64,000 bases of DNA, from contig JBHHYO010000008.1 in the NCBI GenBank assembly GCA_046757665.1, forward strand, positions 1,716 through 65,715. The letters are read 5' to 3'. A program made the translations under genes and the position numbers. The stretch is from Nitrospinales bacterium. GTDB taxonomy: Bacteria; Nitrospinota; Nitrospinia; Nitrospinales; JAJDAT01. The notes under the pieces were generated by a model. The model saw only the letters and a program-made list of their open reading frames with translations, did not search any database and was not told the origin of the DNA. This document shows, piece by piece, positions 9,504-19,493 of this stretch (its first letter is position 1; the number at the start of each line of letters is the position of its first letter).

Positions 9504-10871
9504 TTATTTCCGGAAGCCGGCGTGGACGAAGGACACCGGGCCGCGAAACAAGTCAAAAGCTCGCCGCAAATCGTTTTCCCGGTAGCCCAGCTTGAGCAGT
9601 GATTTGACGACGGCGAACACCTCGCCCTCGGTCACGTAGGCCACCGTGTCGGGAACACCGCGGCGGCTCAGGGTTTCGGCCAGGCGGCGGATGGTTTTCC
9701 GCTGTTTTTTGGGTGTGCCGGGTGACGGCGGATATTCCATTTTGTGATCGTAGGGGCTTTGGTAAACCCCGTTCAGCGCGTGCAGTGTGCCCAGCATCAG
9801 AATGTCCCGGTCCCAGGGGGCCATCCGCTCAATCCGCGGATGACTCTGCACCAGTTCCACCGCCCCGGCGACTTTTTCTCCCAGCCGCCGGCTCACGTAC
9901 CGGTGTTGATGTTCCAGGGACACCGGTCGAAAGCCGATCTTCCGGCCCACCTCGGCGAGCAGGGGAAAATTCACCATGGCGGTGTACTGGCCGCCGTAAA
10001 TGTTGAACCAGGGCCGCCCCTGCTGGTTGAGGTCGTCGAAAGACAACATCCCGTAATCCAGGCCGGAGTATCCCAAGCCGTCCGGCGCGAGCAGTTCCCA
10101 GGCTCTTTGCAGGCAGGCCAGGGCGCCGAGATTGACCGGCACGGCAACGCGCTCCGCCAGCTTTTCCGAATGCGCCTCAACAAGCCGGGAAAACGGCCAA
10201 TCGCTGGTATCGACCCGTTGCCAGACCCGTTCCCAAACGATCTGGTCGAGCGGCGCGTCCGCCAATCCATCCGGATTCTTCTCCGCAAAAAAATGCTTGA
10301 AGGACTCGAAATCCATGCCATCCGGGCGCGGCGGCAGAGTGGGGCACAGGTATTCCTCGTATAACAGCCCGTCGTCTTTCCACAGAACCTTGGCCGCCAG
10401 GTCGTCCCAAATTTCGTTGGAAAGAATTTTGTGGATGGAGCGCGGTTTGAAGCAGGCCGGACCTTCCGCGTCCATCAGCACGGCGGAGAACCGTCCGGCG
10501 TGCGCCTGGAGGCGGGAACAGGCGGCAGTAAGAATGGCCCGCGAATAATCGCACAGAAGATAATGCACGCGGGGATACACCCGCCCTTCCGGGTCGCCGG
10601 CCTTCAGGCGGTCGAGGAAACAGGCGGCCAGGTTGCCGTTGCCCACGCCCCATTCCTGGATAAAACAGGTCGAATCGCCGGCAGGGCACTGCTCCAGAAA
10701 TTCATCGGCCAGGCAGTAGGCCAGCCGGTGGTCGCGGCTGACATAGGTTTGAAAATGCCGGTGGATGCCCGAACCCAGCATCCCGTAAAAAAGGCAATTG
10801 ACGTGCGTTTGCCATCGGTCGGCGGGCAGGAACTCTCCCAGCGGCAAGGGGCGTTCAGAAGAGGGGCTCAT
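9504..10871 (-). CDS. class I SAM-dependent methyltransferase, MidA/DUF185-like (putative)
   Basis: 455 aa. Motif-I-like EWGVGNGNLAACFLDRL, then LLCDYSRAIL and ILSNEIWDDLA, resembling the E.G.G.G.L / .NE..DA.P pattern of the MidA/NDUFAF7 family. Confidence 0.5.
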   Translation of the reverse strand: MSPSSERPLPLGEFLPADRWQTHVNCLFYGMLGSGIHRHFQTYVSRDHRLAYCLADEFLEQCPAGDSTCFIQEWGVGNGNLAACFLDRLKAGDPEGRVYPRVHYLLCDYSRAILTAACSRLQAHAGRFSAVLMDAEGPACFKPRSIHKILSNEIWDDLAAKVLWKDDGLLYEEYLCPTLPPRPDGMDFESFKHFFAEKNPDGLADAPLDQIVWERVWQRVDTSDWPFSRLVEAHSEKLAERVAVPVNLGALACLQRAWELLAPDGLGYSGLDYGMLSFDDLNQQGRPWFNIYGGQYTAMVNFPLLAEVGRKIGFRPVSLEHQHRYVSRRLGEKVAGAVELVQSHPRIERMAPWDRDILMLGTLHALNGVYQSPYDHKMEYPPSPGTPKKQRKTIRRLAETLSRRGVPDTVAYVTEGEVFAVVKSLLKLGYRENDLRRAFDLFRGPVSFVHAGFRK

Positions 10872-10882
10872 ATTTCCCGGAT

Positions 10883-11020
10883 GTCATGCTGGGCCTTCGG
10901 ATGGATGTCATGCCGAGCCTGTCGAAGCATCTCTTTTATCTTGTTGATGGGAGACCCTTCGACAAGCTCAGGGTGACAATTGCCCAGGTCAGGGTGCAAT
11001 TACCAGGTCCAGAGCGACAA
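10883..11020. repeat. family-1 palindromic repeats plus degenerate ~18-nt tandem units
   Basis: GTCATGCCGAGCCTGTCGAAGCAT at 10907-10930 and an inverted copy CCCTTCGACAAGCTCAGGGTGAC at 10955-10977. Followed by CAGGTCAGGGTGCAATTAC / CAGGTCCAGAGCGACAATAC. Confidence 0.7.
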
Positions 11021-11039
11021 TACGGCCCCATGTTACCGG

Positions 11040-12086
11040 CTAATTTTTTTGTGCGCCCATTGAGTGCATGACCCCCTCGGCGGAGGTGTCGGCGCTTTTG
11101 CCGATACCCGCGGCCTTGTTGGTCAATGCTTCAAATTTCTTGTACGCCTCCTGCGCCTCCTGGGTCCGCCCGACATCCTTGTAACACGTGTAAAGGTTGT
11201 ACCAGGCGTTGATGTCGCCGTCGTTCAGCGCCGTGGCGGTTTTGAACTCCTTGATGGCGCTTTCCACTTTTTTCAGCGAGCCGTACAGGCTTCCCAGATT
11301 GGTGTGCGGGATGGACGATTCCGGGTCAAGCTCTATCGCCTTTTTAAAACTGAAAATGGCTTCCTCAACCATGTTTTTCGCGGAATAAATACTTCCCAGG
11401 TTGCAATGGGCCATGGGGTCCTGGTCGTTCATCTCCAGCACGACCAGGGCGGCGGTCAGGGCTTCGTCGTAATCGCCTGAATTGAAATACGCGCAAGACA
11501 GCGCGGCGCGCAGTTCCAGATCGTCCGGATTGAACATCAACACTTTTTTGAGAACGCGGATTTCCTCGGCGTACAGCTGGCTCATGTCCAGGGAGGCCGC
11601 AAGGTTGGCGTAGGCCGTGGTGTCGGTGGGGTCCAGCTCGATCACCCGCTGGAATTCCTGGGCGGCGCTTTCAAAGGAATCCTGCAACATGTAAATCCCG
11701 CCCAGGTTGAAGCGGATTTCCGGGTCGTCCGGAGCCAGGTCCGCCGCCCGCTTCATTTCGCGGATGCCTTCGTCTTCCTGTTTGGAAAGAATGTAGGCCG
11801 TGCCCAGCACTTTATGGGCGCGCGCGTTGTTTTTGTCCCGGTTGATTACGGTCTTCAACTGCTTGATCGCGTCCTCGTAATTCGCCCCATCGACGTACAG
11901 CGTCCCCAGGTCGATGAGCAGGTCGATGTTGTCGGGATCGTTTTTCAAATCTTTTTTGACCTGGCGCACTTTTTTCATGATGGCGGTTTCGCGTTTGACT
12001 TCCTCCGGGTCGCGCACCCCCAACTCCTGAAAAATCTCCGGATGGATTTTGCATTTGATCGAATATTCGGAATTTGTGTCACTCAT
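11040..12086 (-). CDS. tetratricopeptide (TPR) repeat protein
   Basis: 348 aa with about 8 consecutive 34-aa TPR units (for example AHKVLGTAYILSKQEDEGIREMKRAADLAPDDPE, AYANLAASLDMSQLYAEEIRVLKKVLMFNPDD). Confidence 0.85.
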   Translation of the reverse strand: MSDTNSEYSIKCKIHPEIFQELGVRDPEEVKRETAIMKKVRQVKKDLKNDPDNIDLLIDLGTLYVDGANYEDAIKQLKTVINRDKNNARAHKVLGTAYILSKQEDEGIREMKRAADLAPDDPEIRFNLGGIYMLQDSFESAAQEFQRVIELDPTDTTAYANLAASLDMSQLYAEEIRVLKKVLMFNPDDLELRAALSCAYFNSGDYDEALTAALVVLEMNDQDPMAHCNLGSIYSAKNMVEEAIFSFKKAIELDPESSIPHTNLGSLYGSLKKVESAIKEFKTATALNDGDINAWYNLYTCYKDVGRTQEAQEAYKKFEALTNKAAGIGKSADTSAEGVMHSMGAQKN

Positions 12087-12172
12087 AAGTCCACGCTCTC
12101 GGCAAATGAATGTTGATGGTTGACGGTGATTCCTTTGATCTTAGGGCATGTATCGCCGTTCTGTCAAGCGGT

Positions 12173-13984
12173 TCAGACGCCGCCGGCATCGACCTGTTCC
12201 CGGCCGCGCGCCATGTCGAAAATGCCTTCCTTGCCGAAACGATCGAGATAAAGAAGAAAATGTTCCCGCGACAAATACTTCCAGATTTTGCTGGAAGGAA
12301 AGTGCTCGTCGATGACGGCATTGAAATTCTCGTAAACCTCCCTGACCTCCCGGCGGGACATCCCCCGCTCGATTTCGAAGTCATACATAATGGCCATGTC
12401 GCGTTCGGGATCGTGGACGATCCGGTCGATGGAGAATTTCTCGGGGTTATGGTAAATGGCGGAATCCTTTTCCAGGGCGAAGGTGGATTGGCCGACGGAA
12501 TGGATGATGCCGGCGCCGGTTTCGCCGTGTTCGACGATGAAGGCGACGGTTTCCTCCGCTTCCCGGCGTTCCTCGGTGGGGAAACCGAAAAACAGGTAGT
12601 TGTGATTCCATATCCCGGCGGCGGAACTGTCGCGCATCACCTTTTCTTCCGTCGCCTTGTCGGTGCCCTTGTCTATCAGGGAAAGGATGCGGTCGTTGGC
12701 GCTTTCCAATCCGAAAAACAGCATGAGGAATCCGGCTTGCCGGATGTCGTCGAACAAGTCGGCGTTTTCGACGTTGCTGGATTCAAACTTGATCATGGCG
12801 AGCGCCCGCATATCGACCTTCGCGGAGCGGATGGCGCGGGACATCCGCCGGAAGGCGTTGGGCGACACCGCCTCGTCGGAAAAGGTGAAGTAGCGTGTGT
12901 GGTAGCGCTTGCCGAGGTAGTCCAGGTCTTCCGCCACGCGCTCTTCGTTTTCCTTGCGGTAATAAGAATCGTAGATGAAACTGTGGGTGCAGAACGTGCA
13001 TTTGCCCCAGTAACAGCCGCGGCTCGCCATGTAAGGCAGGACGGGGAAAGGCATCAGATATCTGCCGAGCGGCAGTTGGTCGAAATCCGGGCGCGCCAGC
13101 AGGTCGTAGGGAAGCGACTTGGCGGGCCGGTTGCGCACCACCTTGCCGTTTTCCAGATGAATCAGGTTCGGCACCTCGCCGAGCGGCTTGCCGTTCTCGA
13201 GGCTGTCGATCAAGCATTCGAGGGGATACTCGCCCTCATAAAGCACGACGCTGTGAAAAAATTCCTCGAACAGCGCCTGCTTGTCGCCCAGGATGTCGGC
13301 GTGGCGGTTGAACACACTGCCGCCGATGACGATGTGGGCGTCCGGATACCGCCGCCGCAGTAGCCGCGCCAGGGTCAGGGCGGGAATCACCTGCCCGGCG
13401 TAAATGATCGAAATCCCGATCAGGCCGTACCGCGCCCAGTTCACCCGGCGCAACAGGGTTTCCCGGAACAGGTGCAAGTACGGATTGATGCGGTCGTCCT
13501 GCGTGGCGTGGAGGATGCCCGCCAGGCTGTCCTCCGGCGCGCCGTCCATGGACAGGGAGTCCAGTCCCACCCGGGTGGGGAAATGCGCGTAGGAAACCAG
13601 CTTCATGGCGATCATCAAAGCAGTGTAGGCTTTTTTGTAAACCGGGAATTGGAAAAAAAGCTCCGCGGTGCGCATCACTTCCTTGGCCCGTTCCACTTCC
13701 GACAGGACGGATTCCAGGTAGTCGTGGTCCGAGAGGATTTGCCGGTACACCTGTTTCACTTCCCGCTCCTCCGGGGAGCAGGCCGGGGCATTCAGGCGGG
13801 CGCGGATTTTATCGACGCAATAAAGGAGGAACTGCCGCGAAAGAAATTCGTCGTAAGCTTCCATGTTGAAATCGTACTGGTCCACCGCGTGCCCCTTCTT
13901 CTCCAGGTAAGCCTTCAAGGTGGGCAAGGCCAGGTAAGGCTGGCTGGGATACCATTGCGGTGGAAAAATCAGCGCCGATTTCAT
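12173..13984 (-). CDS. B12-binding-domain (class B) radical SAM protein
   Basis: ORF extends to a TTG at 13999. I prefer ATG 13984. N-terminal B12-like domain (ALIFPPQWYPSQPYLALPTLKAYLEKKGHAV). Radical SAM cluster ASRGCYWGKCTFC. The long antisense ORF 12110-13363 is rejected. Confidence 0.8.
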   Translation of the reverse strand: MKSALIFPPQWYPSQPYLALPTLKAYLEKKGHAVDQYDFNMEAYDEFLSRQFLLYCVDKIRARLNAPACSPEEREVKQVYRQILSDHDYLESVLSEVERAKEVMRTAELFFQFPVYKKAYTALMIAMKLVSYAHFPTRVGLDSLSMDGAPEDSLAGILHATQDDRINPYLHLFRETLLRRVNWARYGLIGISIIYAGQVIPALTLARLLRRRYPDAHIVIGGSVFNRHADILGDKQALFEEFFHSVVLYEGEYPLECLIDSLENGKPLGEVPNLIHLENGKVVRNRPAKSLPYDLLARPDFDQLPLGRYLMPFPVLPYMASRGCYWGKCTFCTHSFIYDSYYRKENEERVAEDLDYLGKRYHTRYFTFSDEAVSPNAFRRMSRAIRSAKVDMRALAMIKFESSNVENADLFDDIRQAGFLMLFFGLESANDRILSLIDKGTDKATEEKVMRDSSAAGIWNHNYLFFGFPTEERREAEETVAFIVEHGETGAGIIHSVGQSTFALEKDSAIYHNPEKFSIDRIVHDPERDMAIMYDFEIERGMSRREVREVYENFNAVIDEHFPSSKIWKYLSREHFLLYLDRFGKEGIFDMARGREQVDAGGV

Positions 13985-14145
13985 CGAATCTCTTTTCAAA
14001 AATCGTGGAATTGGAATGATTCAATTCTATCATGCTTTGGCGGCGCGCCAAACACAATGAGGGGAAATTCGCGTGTTGCTGAAAAATCGGGAACGGCAAG
14101 GCTGGTTTCAATTTCGTTTTTACCACGCGGGCCGGGCAAAAGTCA

Positions 14146-14174
14146 TTGTCAAACCACTCCGCGCGGCGTATAAT
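14146..14174 (+). promoter_or_regulatory. near-consensus sigma70-type promoter candidate
   Basis: TTGTCA (14146-14151), 17-nt spacer, TATAAT (14169-14174). Lies about 355 nt upstream of the GT2 gene at the island boundary. The target transcript is unknown. Confidence 0.35.
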
Positions 14175-14270
14175 TTTTCGACCGAGCAACCAAAAAGGTT
14201 TCGTTGCCACAAAAAAAGCCGTTTTTCCCCCACCCCGCTTTGCTTTTTCCTCGCCGCTCCCAGAGGACAC

Positions 14271-14366
14271 AATGGAGTGGTTTACGGTAACTTGGGCCGC
14301 TGGCAGGAAGCCATCGTCGAATACGAAGAAGCTTTCCGTATCAAGCCGGATGATGTCATGGCACAT
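14271..14366 (+). pseudogene. isolated TPR-like remnant with no start codon
   Basis: The frame of ORF 14073-14438 reads NGVVYGNLGRWQEAIVEYEEAFRIKPDDVMAH, one TPR-like unit. There is no plausible start, and the surrounding sequence is not TPR. GC falls across this segment. Confidence 0.3.
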
Positions 14367-14529
14367 CTTACCCGTGTGACGATTCACACAAATTCTGACC
14401 AACATCAAAAAGACCTTACATATTTTTTTGAACTCTGAAATCCCCAACATTTTTATTTTTGCGTCGAGAATCAGATTGAAAAATTGTTTCCTTTCAAAAT
14501 CTTCAAGTTTAAGAGTCGACTCATAGGCC

Positions 14530-15246
14530 ATGGTTTTTTCCCTGGTTATCCCGTTCTATAATGAAGAGGAATGCGCCAGTCAGATCATTGACTCTCTGGT
14601 TCAATTTCTCGACTCAAGCGCCATTGATTACGAGTTGATTCTTGTCGATAACGGTTCCAGGGATCGAACTGCCGCACTGATCGATCAAAAAGTTGCCCGC
14701 CATCCCCGGCTCAAAAAAGTGACCGTTAAGGTTAATGAAGGGTATGGTTGGGGAATCATCTGTGGATTGCAGGAAGCCCAGGGGGATTATGTGGGTTTTA
14801 TGTGCGGGGACGGGCAGATTCATCCTCAAGATGTGGTTAAATCCATGTCTTACGCTTCCGAATCCAATTGCGCAATGGTCAAAGCTTGCAGGAATACCCG
14901 CCAAGACGGTCTGTTGCGTAGAATTGTGACGCGGATTTATAATTCCATCTTTGCCTTAATTTTTAATCTCAAAACTCATGACCTCAACGGAACGCCAAAA
15001 TTTTTCAAGCGAAGTTATCTGGATATTCTGGACATTCAATCTAAAGATTGGTTTATCGATGCCGAGATAATTATCAAACTGGAGAGTTTAGGCGTTAAAA
15101 TAGATGAAATTCCCGTCGCCTTCCATGCGAGAAAAGGCGGCTCGTCTCATGTAAAAATTGTAACCACTTGCGTTCAGTTTCTGAAAAACGCCTATCGCAT
15201 GAAAACCGGAAAGGATTTCTTGGAATGGAAAAAATCCAAACGGTAA
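14530..15246 (+). CDS. family 2 glycosyltransferase, polyprenyl-phosphate sugar synthase-like (DPM1/ArnC/CsbB type)
   Basis: 238 aa. VIPFYNEE, LILVDNGSRD, FMCGDGQIHP (DXD-equivalent), LNGTPKFFKR. No C-terminal TM helices. Confidence 0.8.
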   Translation: MVFSLVIPFYNEEECASQIIDSLVQFLDSSAIDYELILVDNGSRDRTAALIDQKVARHPRLKKVTVKVNEGYGWGIICGLQEAQGDYVGFMCGDGQIHPQDVVKSMSYASESNCAMVKACRNTRQDGLLRRIVTRIYNSIFALIFNLKTHDLNGTPKFFKRSYLDILDIQSKDWFIDAEIIIKLESLGVKIDEIPVAFHARKGGSSHVKIVTTCVQFLKNAYRMKTGKDFLEWKKSKR

Positions 15247-16019
15247 TCCTGGCTGGGGGATTTGGAACCCGGCTGAGAGAGGAAACCGAGTTTAGACCCA
15301 AGCCCATGGTTCAGATTGGCAACCATCCTATCTTATGGCACATCCTCAAGATTTATTCTTATTACGGTTTCAATGATTTTATAATTTGCCTCGGTTACAA
15401 GGGTGAGCAAATAAAAGAGTATTTTATAAATTATGAATACATGAACAACGACATAACGGTAAAAACAGGAAGTTCGAAATGTATTGAGGTGCACTCAAAC
15501 CACAATAACAAGATGGACGAATGGAACGTAACCCTGGTAGACACGGGCCATTCCAGCATGACCGGGTGCCGAGTCAAACAGATTGAAAAATTCATCGACG
15601 AAGATATTTTTTTTCTGACCTACGGGGATGGGCTGGCCCAGATCGATTTGAAGGAGCTTCTTGCCTTCCACCGTTCGCATGGGAAAACCGCCACCATCAC
15701 TGGAGTCCATCCCCCCTCCCGTTTCGGAGAACTGACCATTGAAAACCACAGGGTGGTCGAATTTACGGAAAAGCCCCAGATTGACTCGGGTTGCATTAAC
15801 GGAGGGTTTTTCGTATTTAACAAGCGGATTTTCGATTATCTCAGTCTGGATAAAGACTGTTATCTGGAATACGAACCCATGGAGCGCCTGGTTAAAGATG
15901 GTGAGCTGATGGTCTATGTGCACAAGGGGTTCTGGCATTGCATGGACACCCAGCGCGATTTGACCCTTTTAAATTCCTTGTGGAAGAAAGACAACCCCCC
16001 GTGGAAAATTTGGACATGA
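15225..16019 (+). CDS. rfbF: glucose-1-phosphate cytidylyltransferase
   Basis: ATG 15225 inside ORF 15168-16019, overlapping the GT2 3' end. [38 protein letters not shown] closely resembles the RfbF N-terminus. 264 aa. Confidence 0.9.
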   Translation: MEKIQTVILAGGFGTRLREETEFRPKPMVQIGNHPILWHILKIYSYYGFNDFIICLGYKGEQIKEYFINYEYMNNDITVKTGSSKCIEVHSNHNNKMDEWNVTLVDTGHSSMTGCRVKQIEKFIDEDIFFLTYGDGLAQIDLKELLAFHRSHGKTATITGVHPPSRFGELTIENHRVVEFTEKPQIDSGCINGGFFVFNKRIFDYLSLDKDCYLEYEPMERLVKDGELMVYVHKGFWHCMDTQRDLTLLNSLWKKDNPPWKIWT

Positions 16020-16999
16020 CATCAAACTATTGGCATCAACGAAACGTATTGGTCACAGGCGCCACGGGTTTCCTGGGATCCTGGTTGGTTGAACAACTTC
16101 TCGTTTTCAATGCCCATGTGGTGGGGATCATCCGCGACCAAGTTCCTGATTCGCGGCTGGTCTGCCAAAAGATGAGCATCGTCCACGTCAACGGATGTGT
16201 CGAAGACATTCAGGTTCTGGAACGAACCTTGAACGAATACGAGATCGAAACCGTTTTTCATCTGGCCGCGCAAACCATTGTTGGCATTGCCAATCGGAGT
16301 CCTCTTTCCACTTTCGAAGCCAATATTCGGGGCACCTACAACCTCCTGGAAGCCTGCCGGCGAGTGGGGAGCGTAAAAAATATTGTGATCGCCTCCAGCG
16401 ACAAAGCTTATGGAGAACAAGCAAAGCTTCCTTATGATGAAAGCTTCTCACTGAGCGGGGCTCACCCCTACGATGTATCCAAGAGCTGTGCCGATTTGAT
16501 CGCCAATTGCTATTACCAAAGTTATGACCTTCCCGTATGTATTACCCGGTGCGGCAATTTTTACGGTGGCGGAGACTTGAATTTTAACCGTTTGATTCCC
16601 GGGACCATTCGGTCGGTCCTCAACGGCGCTCCCCCCGTCATTCGAAGTGACGGCACCTATATCAGAGATTACATTTATATCCAGGACGCCGTTACGGCCT
16701 ACTTGTTGCTGGCCGAAAAAATGGAAACCCTGCCGGTCAGGGGAGAGGCATTCAATTTCAGCAACGAGTCCCAAAAAAAGGCTCTGGAAATCGTGGAAAT
16801 GATTTTACAATTGATGGATCAAAAAAACCTTGAACCCGTCGTTTTGGCAGAGGCCTCCAATGAAATTCCCAAACAGTACCTCAGCGCAAAAAAAGCTAGG
16901 GAACGCCTGAACTGGAAGCCGCGTTATTCTTTGGAGGAAGGCTTAAAGGAGACTATTGCCTGGTATCGGGATTTTTGGGGACAAAATCGTGGCAAATGA
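16016..16999 (+). CDS. rfbG: CDP-glucose 4,6-dehydratase (extended SDR)
   Basis: ATG 16016 overlaps the rfbF stop (ATGA). [14 protein letters not shown]ossmann motif and YDVSK (YxxxK). Sits between rfbF and rfbH. Confidence 0.8.
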   Translation: MTSNYWHQRNVLVTGATGFLGSWLVEQLLVFNAHVVGIIRDQVPDSRLVCQKMSIVHVNGCVEDIQVLERTLNEYEIETVFHLAAQTIVGIANRSPLSTFEANIRGTYNLLEACRRVGSVKNIVIASSDKAYGEQAKLPYDESFSLSGAHPYDVSKSCADLIANCYYQSYDLPVCITRCGNFYGGGDLNFNRLIPGTIRSVLNGAPPVIRSDGTYIRDYIYIQDAVTAYLLLAEKMETLPVRGEAFNFSNESQKKALEIVEMILQLMDQKNLEPVVLAEASNEIPKQYLSAKKARERLNWKPRYSLEEGLKETIAWYRDFWGQNRGK

Positions 17000-17972
17000 A
17001 TTTAAGAATAAAACCGTCCTGGTCACAGGAGCCTCCGGTTTCATTGGCTCCCATTTGACTCGTCGATTGGTGGGTCGGGGAGCAAACGTCCATGTTTTCG
17101 CGCGGCAGGGCACTGACCTTTGGCGACTGGAGGATTTGATCGCCAACGACGTAACCGTGTGGAATACGGACATCAATGATTTGGACAGGATCCGTCAATT
17201 CATCAAGCAGATTTGTCCCCAAAGGGTCTTCCACCTTGCGGCCGCGGTGAACCCGGGACGTTCTCTGGATTTGCTGGATGAAATGATTGCCGTCAATATC
17301 CAGGGAACCGTAACCCTTCTAAAAGCCTTGGAGGAGAGTGACCTCGAATCTTTTGTCCATGTGGGAACCTGTGAAGAGTATGGAGATGGCGCGGCGCCTT
17401 TCGACGAGGAACAAAGAGAAGCGTCCGTTTCACCTTACTCCGCCTCAAAAATTTCGGCGACCCATTTTTCCCAGATGTTTCATAAAATCACCGGCAAACC
17501 CGTCATCATCGTCCGGCCTTTCCTAACTTACGGTCCCGGCCAGGTTTCCAACATGTTGATCCCCAGTTTGATCCGGCATTGCTTGAATCATGAACCGCAA
17601 TTTCATATGACCAAGGGCCAACAAACGAGGGAATTCAATTATGTGTCCGATGTAGTCGAAGGCATTGTGCGCGCCTCGGATTGCGGGAAACGGGCTGGCG
17701 AAATCGTCAACATCGGCAATGGCAAGGAATATAAGGTAATCGAGGTGGCCCGAATGATCGTGAAAATCATGGATTCCCCAATAAAGTTGCAATGCGGCAC
17801 TTTAAATCACCGAAAAGGAGAAGTGAATCATTTTTATGCCTCCACCGACAAATTCACAAAACTTCTAAAACCTCCTCGGTTTACCTCCTTGAAAGAAGGT
17901 TTGGAAAAGACAATCGCCTGGTTTGCCGAGCATTTGGGTAAAAACAAGGCCAAGCCTGTTTGCATCCCATGA
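16989..17972 (+). CDS. NAD-dependent sugar epimerase/reductase (extended SDR)
   Basis: The ORF opens with TTG at 16956. GTG 16989 gives [23 protein letters not shown] and overlaps the rfbG stop, so the start is uncertain. YSASK catalytic motif. Substrate not assignable. Confidence 0.75.
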   Translation: MANEFKNKTVLVTGASGFIGSHLTRRLVGRGANVHVFARQGTDLWRLEDLIANDVTVWNTDINDLDRIRQFIKQICPQRVFHLAAAVNPGRSLDLLDEMIAVNIQGTVTLLKALEESDLESFVHVGTCEEYGDGAAPFDEEQREASVSPYSASKISATHFSQMFHKITGKPVIIVRPFLTYGPGQVSNMLIPSLIRHCLNHEPQFHMTKGQQTREFNYVSDVVEGIVRASDCGKRAGEIVNIGNGKEYKVIEVARMIVKIMDSPIKLQCGTLNHRKGEVNHFYASTDKFTKLLKPPRFTSLKEGLEKTIAWFAEHLGKNKAKPVCIP

Positions 17973-19300
17973 ATAATGACAAACAAAAAGAACAGATAAA
18001 GGAAAAAATCTTCCGTTTGGTAGAAGAATATTACACCCTTGAACATAAACCCGATCACTTTGTTCCTGGCCAATCGAGAGTCCACTACGCCGGCAGAGTA
18101 TTTGACGAAAAAGAAATGCAGGCGGCCACCCGTAGTGTTCTCGATTTCTGGTTGACTTACGGCAAGGAATCCGAGGCTTTTGAAGAAGCCCTGGCAAAGT
18201 TCCTTGACAGAAAGTATGTGGTTTTAGTCAATTCCGGCTCTTCCGCAAATTTGTTGGCGGTTACGGCTCTTGTCGCCGAAGATTATAAAAACCGGTTGAA
18301 GGCCGGGCACGAGGTTATCACTCCGGCATTGACGTTCCCAACGACCCTTGCTCCCATCGTTCAAAACGGCTTGGTTCCCGTGTTTGTCGATACTGAAATC
18401 GGCACCTACCTGATGGATATCAATTTGATAGAAAAAGCCATTTCCGAAAAAACCAAAGCCGTCTTTATCCCCCACACCCTGGGAAACGTCGCCGACATGA
18501 CCGCGCTTGCGGCGCTTTGCGAAAAGCATAATTTAATAATCATCGAGGACACTTGTGATGCCTTGGGGTCTCTTTATAAAACAAAAAAGGCGGGGTCTTT
18601 TGGCCTGTTGTCAACCTTCAGCTTTTATCCCGCACACCACATTACCCTCGGGGAAGGCGGAGCGGTGGCGACGGACAGCAAAAGGCTGAAAAAAATTGTC
18701 ACTTCCTTGAGGGATTGGGGAAGAGACTGCTATTGCAAATCCGCAAGCCCGATTAACGGTGAATGCAACCGGCGATTCGAACAAAGATGGGAGGGATTGC
18801 CCAAGGGTTATGATCACAAGTACGTCTATACACACATGGGCTACAACCTGAAGGCGCTGGACATCCAGGCGGCCATTGGGCTCGAGCAACTGAAGAAGCT
18901 CCCGCAGTTTGTTCAAAGACGCAGAGAGAACTTCGAAAGACTAAATAATGCCTTAAGGCCTTATTCCGAATATCTGATCCTTCCAAGGGCAGGAGAGAAT
19001 GCCAAGCCTTCCTGGTTCTCGTTTATCATCACCGTGAAACCCAATAAATTTTTCACGCGACACAGCCTGGTGACTTTTTTAAAAGATCACGATATTGAAA
19101 CCCGGATGATGTTCAGCGGAAATATTCTCAGGCAACCCGCCTTCAAAAATATCCGGCACAGGGTGTACGGGAACCTGGACAACACAGATTTCATCATGAA
19201 CAATACGTTCTTCATTGGAGTATCCCCCAACCTGACCCCGGAAATGCTGGATTATATGGTTCAGACTTTTCAAATGTTTTTTGAACGACACATTCATTAG
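17969..19300 (+). CDS. rfbH: CDP-4-keto-6-deoxy-D-glucose 3-dehydrase (E1; RfbH/DdhC type)
   Basis: ATG 17969 overlaps the SDR stop (ATGA). DegT-fold protein in which SFYPAHHITLGEGG has His where aminotransferases have the PLP Lys. Cys spacing C-X57-C-X1-C (DTC...RDCYC) with a further Cys 9 residues later. Confidence 0.85.
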   Translation: MNNDKQKEQIKEKIFRLVEEYYTLEHKPDHFVPGQSRVHYAGRVFDEKEMQAATRSVLDFWLTYGKESEAFEEALAKFLDRKYVVLVNSGSSANLLAVTALVAEDYKNRLKAGHEVITPALTFPTTLAPIVQNGLVPVFVDTEIGTYLMDINLIEKAISEKTKAVFIPHTLGNVADMTALAALCEKHNLIIIEDTCDALGSLYKTKKAGSFGLLSTFSFYPAHHITLGEGGAVATDSKRLKKIVTSLRDWGRDCYCKSASPINGECNRRFEQRWEGLPKGYDHKYVYTHMGYNLKALDIQAAIGLEQLKKLPQFVQRRRENFERLNNALRPYSEYLILPRAGENAKPSWFSFIITVKPNKFFTRHSLVTFLKDHDIETRMMFSGNILRQPAFKNIRHRVYGNLDNTDFIMNNTFFIGVSPNLTPEMLDYMVQTFQMFFERHIH

Positions 19301-19493
19301 CGATTCGCTTGAAAAGCAAACGCGGCATTCCAGCGCAGGATTTTCCATTCAAATATCAGGACACTCATTCCAAAGGGATTGTATGATTTAAGATGTTTTT
19401 CCCGGATGTCAATGTTACAGTATAGCGTTTAGATTATAAAAAAGGGCTGTGCGTTTTTATCTGAAGTATCAACCACTTTTGTAGGGGTAGGAA

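Noticed and set aside
12110-13363. 417-aa plus-strand ORF opposite the radical SAM gene
   Set aside because: No motifs and a skewed composition (G/V/A/D/H). The minus strand carries the CxxxxCxxC radical SAM cluster and a B12-like domain.
13809-14531. 240-aa minus-strand ORF across the rSAM 5' end and the island boundary
   Set aside because: It overlaps the radical SAM gene start and crosses a sharp GC transition. It has no RBS and no motif, and its first half mirrors the TPR remnant on the other strand.
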